DNA of 64,000 bases, from positions 213,090 to 277,089 of IMG/VR virus record IMGVR_UViG_3300046787_000200, one strand, 5' to 3'. The position numbers and the translations under genes were made by a program. This DNA comes from a virus. Below, one piece after another: positions 62,999-64,000 of this stretch. The notes beneath the pieces are model-generated. The model was given only the letters and a program-made list of their open reading frames with translations. It ran no database searches and was not told where the DNA came from. The first letter of the stretch is position 1. Each line of letters begins with the position of its first letter.

Positions 62999-63030
62999 AG
63001 TCCTATTCTGATAAATACAGAATAAGGACT
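62999..63030. promoter_or_regulatory. perfect 13-bp inverted repeat with a GATAAATA loop, upstream of the tail-fibre gene
   Basis: AGTCCTATTCTG-ATAAATA-CAGAATAAGGACT. The loop resembles the T4 late promoter TATAAATA. Confidence 0.3.
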
Positions 63031-63034
63031 AAAA

Positions 63035-64000
63035 ATGGCTATAGGAAACTTACAAGTAATCAGTATTGGCTTGCCCAATGAGTCTACGGGCAGTGATTCA
63101 CTTTATACCGCATTTACCAAAACAGCAGAAAATTTTGACACATTATTCGCATGTGCCAGCCCATACTCCACGTTTGCTAACGGAGCGGGTATTGAAACTA
63201 ATACCAATTCAAATACTAATACAGTAACAATCACTAACACTGGTGTAACTTATTTACAAGCAGGGTCAGGTGTTACACTATCTGGTAATACTGGAAATAT
63301 TACAATTTCAACTACAGGAAGTAACGGTGGTGCCGGCACTGTTACTAGTGTAGGCGTGAATTCTAGTACGTTAACCATATCTAACAGCCCTATTATTAGT
63401 GCAGGTAATATCACTGTTAATCTGCCAGTAACTGGTATTACTGCAGGTACATATACCAATCCTACTGTTGCAGTAGACGTATATGGTAGAGTAACAACTA
63501 TATCAAATAATACAGTTTCAGGTACTGTTACTAGCGTAGGTATCACTCCGGGGACGGGTATCTTAGTCACAAATAGTCCAATTACAAGCTCAGGTAATAT
63601 TACTGTTACTAATACAGGTGTTACTAGAATTAGTGCCGGAACAGGCATTGCAGTTAGTGGTAGCAACGGTAATGTAACTGTGTCTGCTACAGGATTGACA
63701 AACGGAACAGTAACCAGTGTTACTGTAACTAGTAACAATTTGACTGTTTCAGGTGGGACTATCACAACGTCAGGTTCAATAGCAGTTGATTTACCTAGTG
63801 CAATAACACTTGCAGGAAACATTACTGCAGGTAATGTATTATCTAATGGTAGAATGATACTTAACGGTAGTGAAGATTTAGCTGATGCGGCTGCGGCAAA
63901 TCTATTAGTTACTGCAAGTTACTTCACTACAACTACCGCAGAGACTGCTACATTAGCAGCCGGAACTACCGGACAAATTAAAACATTTATGATGGCAGGT
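63035..64000 (+). CDS. tail fibre protein (N-terminal part; runs off the window end)
   Basis: Repeats such as GITAGTYTNPTVAVDVYGRVTTI and VTSVG..S..ISNSPI.S.GNITV are Phage_fiber_2-type tail-fibre repeats. No stop before 64000. Confidence 0.6.
   Translation, partial: MAIGNLQVISIGLPNESTGSDSLYTAFTKTAENFDTLFACASPYSTFANGAGIETNTNSNTNTVTITNTGVTYLQAGSGVTLSGNTGNITISTTGSNGGAGTVTSVGVNSSTLTISNSPIISAGNITVNLPVTGITAGTYTNPTVAVDVYGRVTTISNNTVSGTVTSVGITPGTGILVTNSPITSSGNITVTNTGVTRISAGTGIAVSGSNGNVTVSATGLTNGTVTSVTVTSNNLTVSGGTITTSGSIAVDLPSAITLAGNITAGNVLSNGRMILNGSEDLADAAAANLLVTASYFTTTTAETATLAAGTTGQIKTFMMAG

Noticed and set aside
63250-63822. 190-aa minus-strand ORF
   Set aside because: It lies antisense to the tail-fibre repeat region. 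Its Val/Thr/Pro-rich translation is the mirror of the plus-strand TGT/VTV repeat codons, so it is a shadow ORF.

Overview
The window reads as an internal stretch of a large, AT-rich (~38% GC) virulent phage genome, T4-like or jumbo in style, from a Gram-negative host. It is gene-dense and almost entirely plus-strand. Many ORFs are small, and start and stop codons frequently overlap (ATGA, TAATG), which suggests translational coupling. At least 12 near-consensus sigma70-type early promoters (TTGACAATAAAT-N17-TATAAT) are present, several followed by a conserved leader. T4-late-like (T/G)ATAAATA motifs occur, and a tail-fibre gene with Phage_fiber_2-type repeats runs off the 3' end. No tRNA, rRNA or CRISPR array was found by eye.

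Recognisable content falls into eight groups:
(i) A 7-deazaguanine module, queD-FAD oxidoreductase-queE-metK.
(ii) Nucleotidyltransferase/kinase, glycosyltransferase and epimerase genes.
(iii) A DNA methyltransferase with a GIY-YIG-like neighbour.
(iv) DNA metabolism genes: UvdE, FEN/5'-3' exonuclease, ATP-dependent DNA ligase and dCMP deaminase.
(v) A proteostasis and translation block: clpX-rpsU(bS21)-ibpA-clpS ... sprT-like ... clpP-PTP, with infA (IF-1) and an A-type Fe-S carrier further downstream.
(vi) An envelope cluster: SPFH lipoprotein, LPP20-like lipoproteins and a large membrane coiled-coil protein.
(vii) A minus-strand DD-endopeptidase next to secreted low-complexity proteins and small membrane proteins.
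(viii) A tandem array of small paralogous genes sharing the motifs KFAELIVREC and HFGVEE, with the ribosome-binding site of the next gene embedded in the conserved C-terminus.

All functional calls come from motifs recognised by eye, not from database searches.
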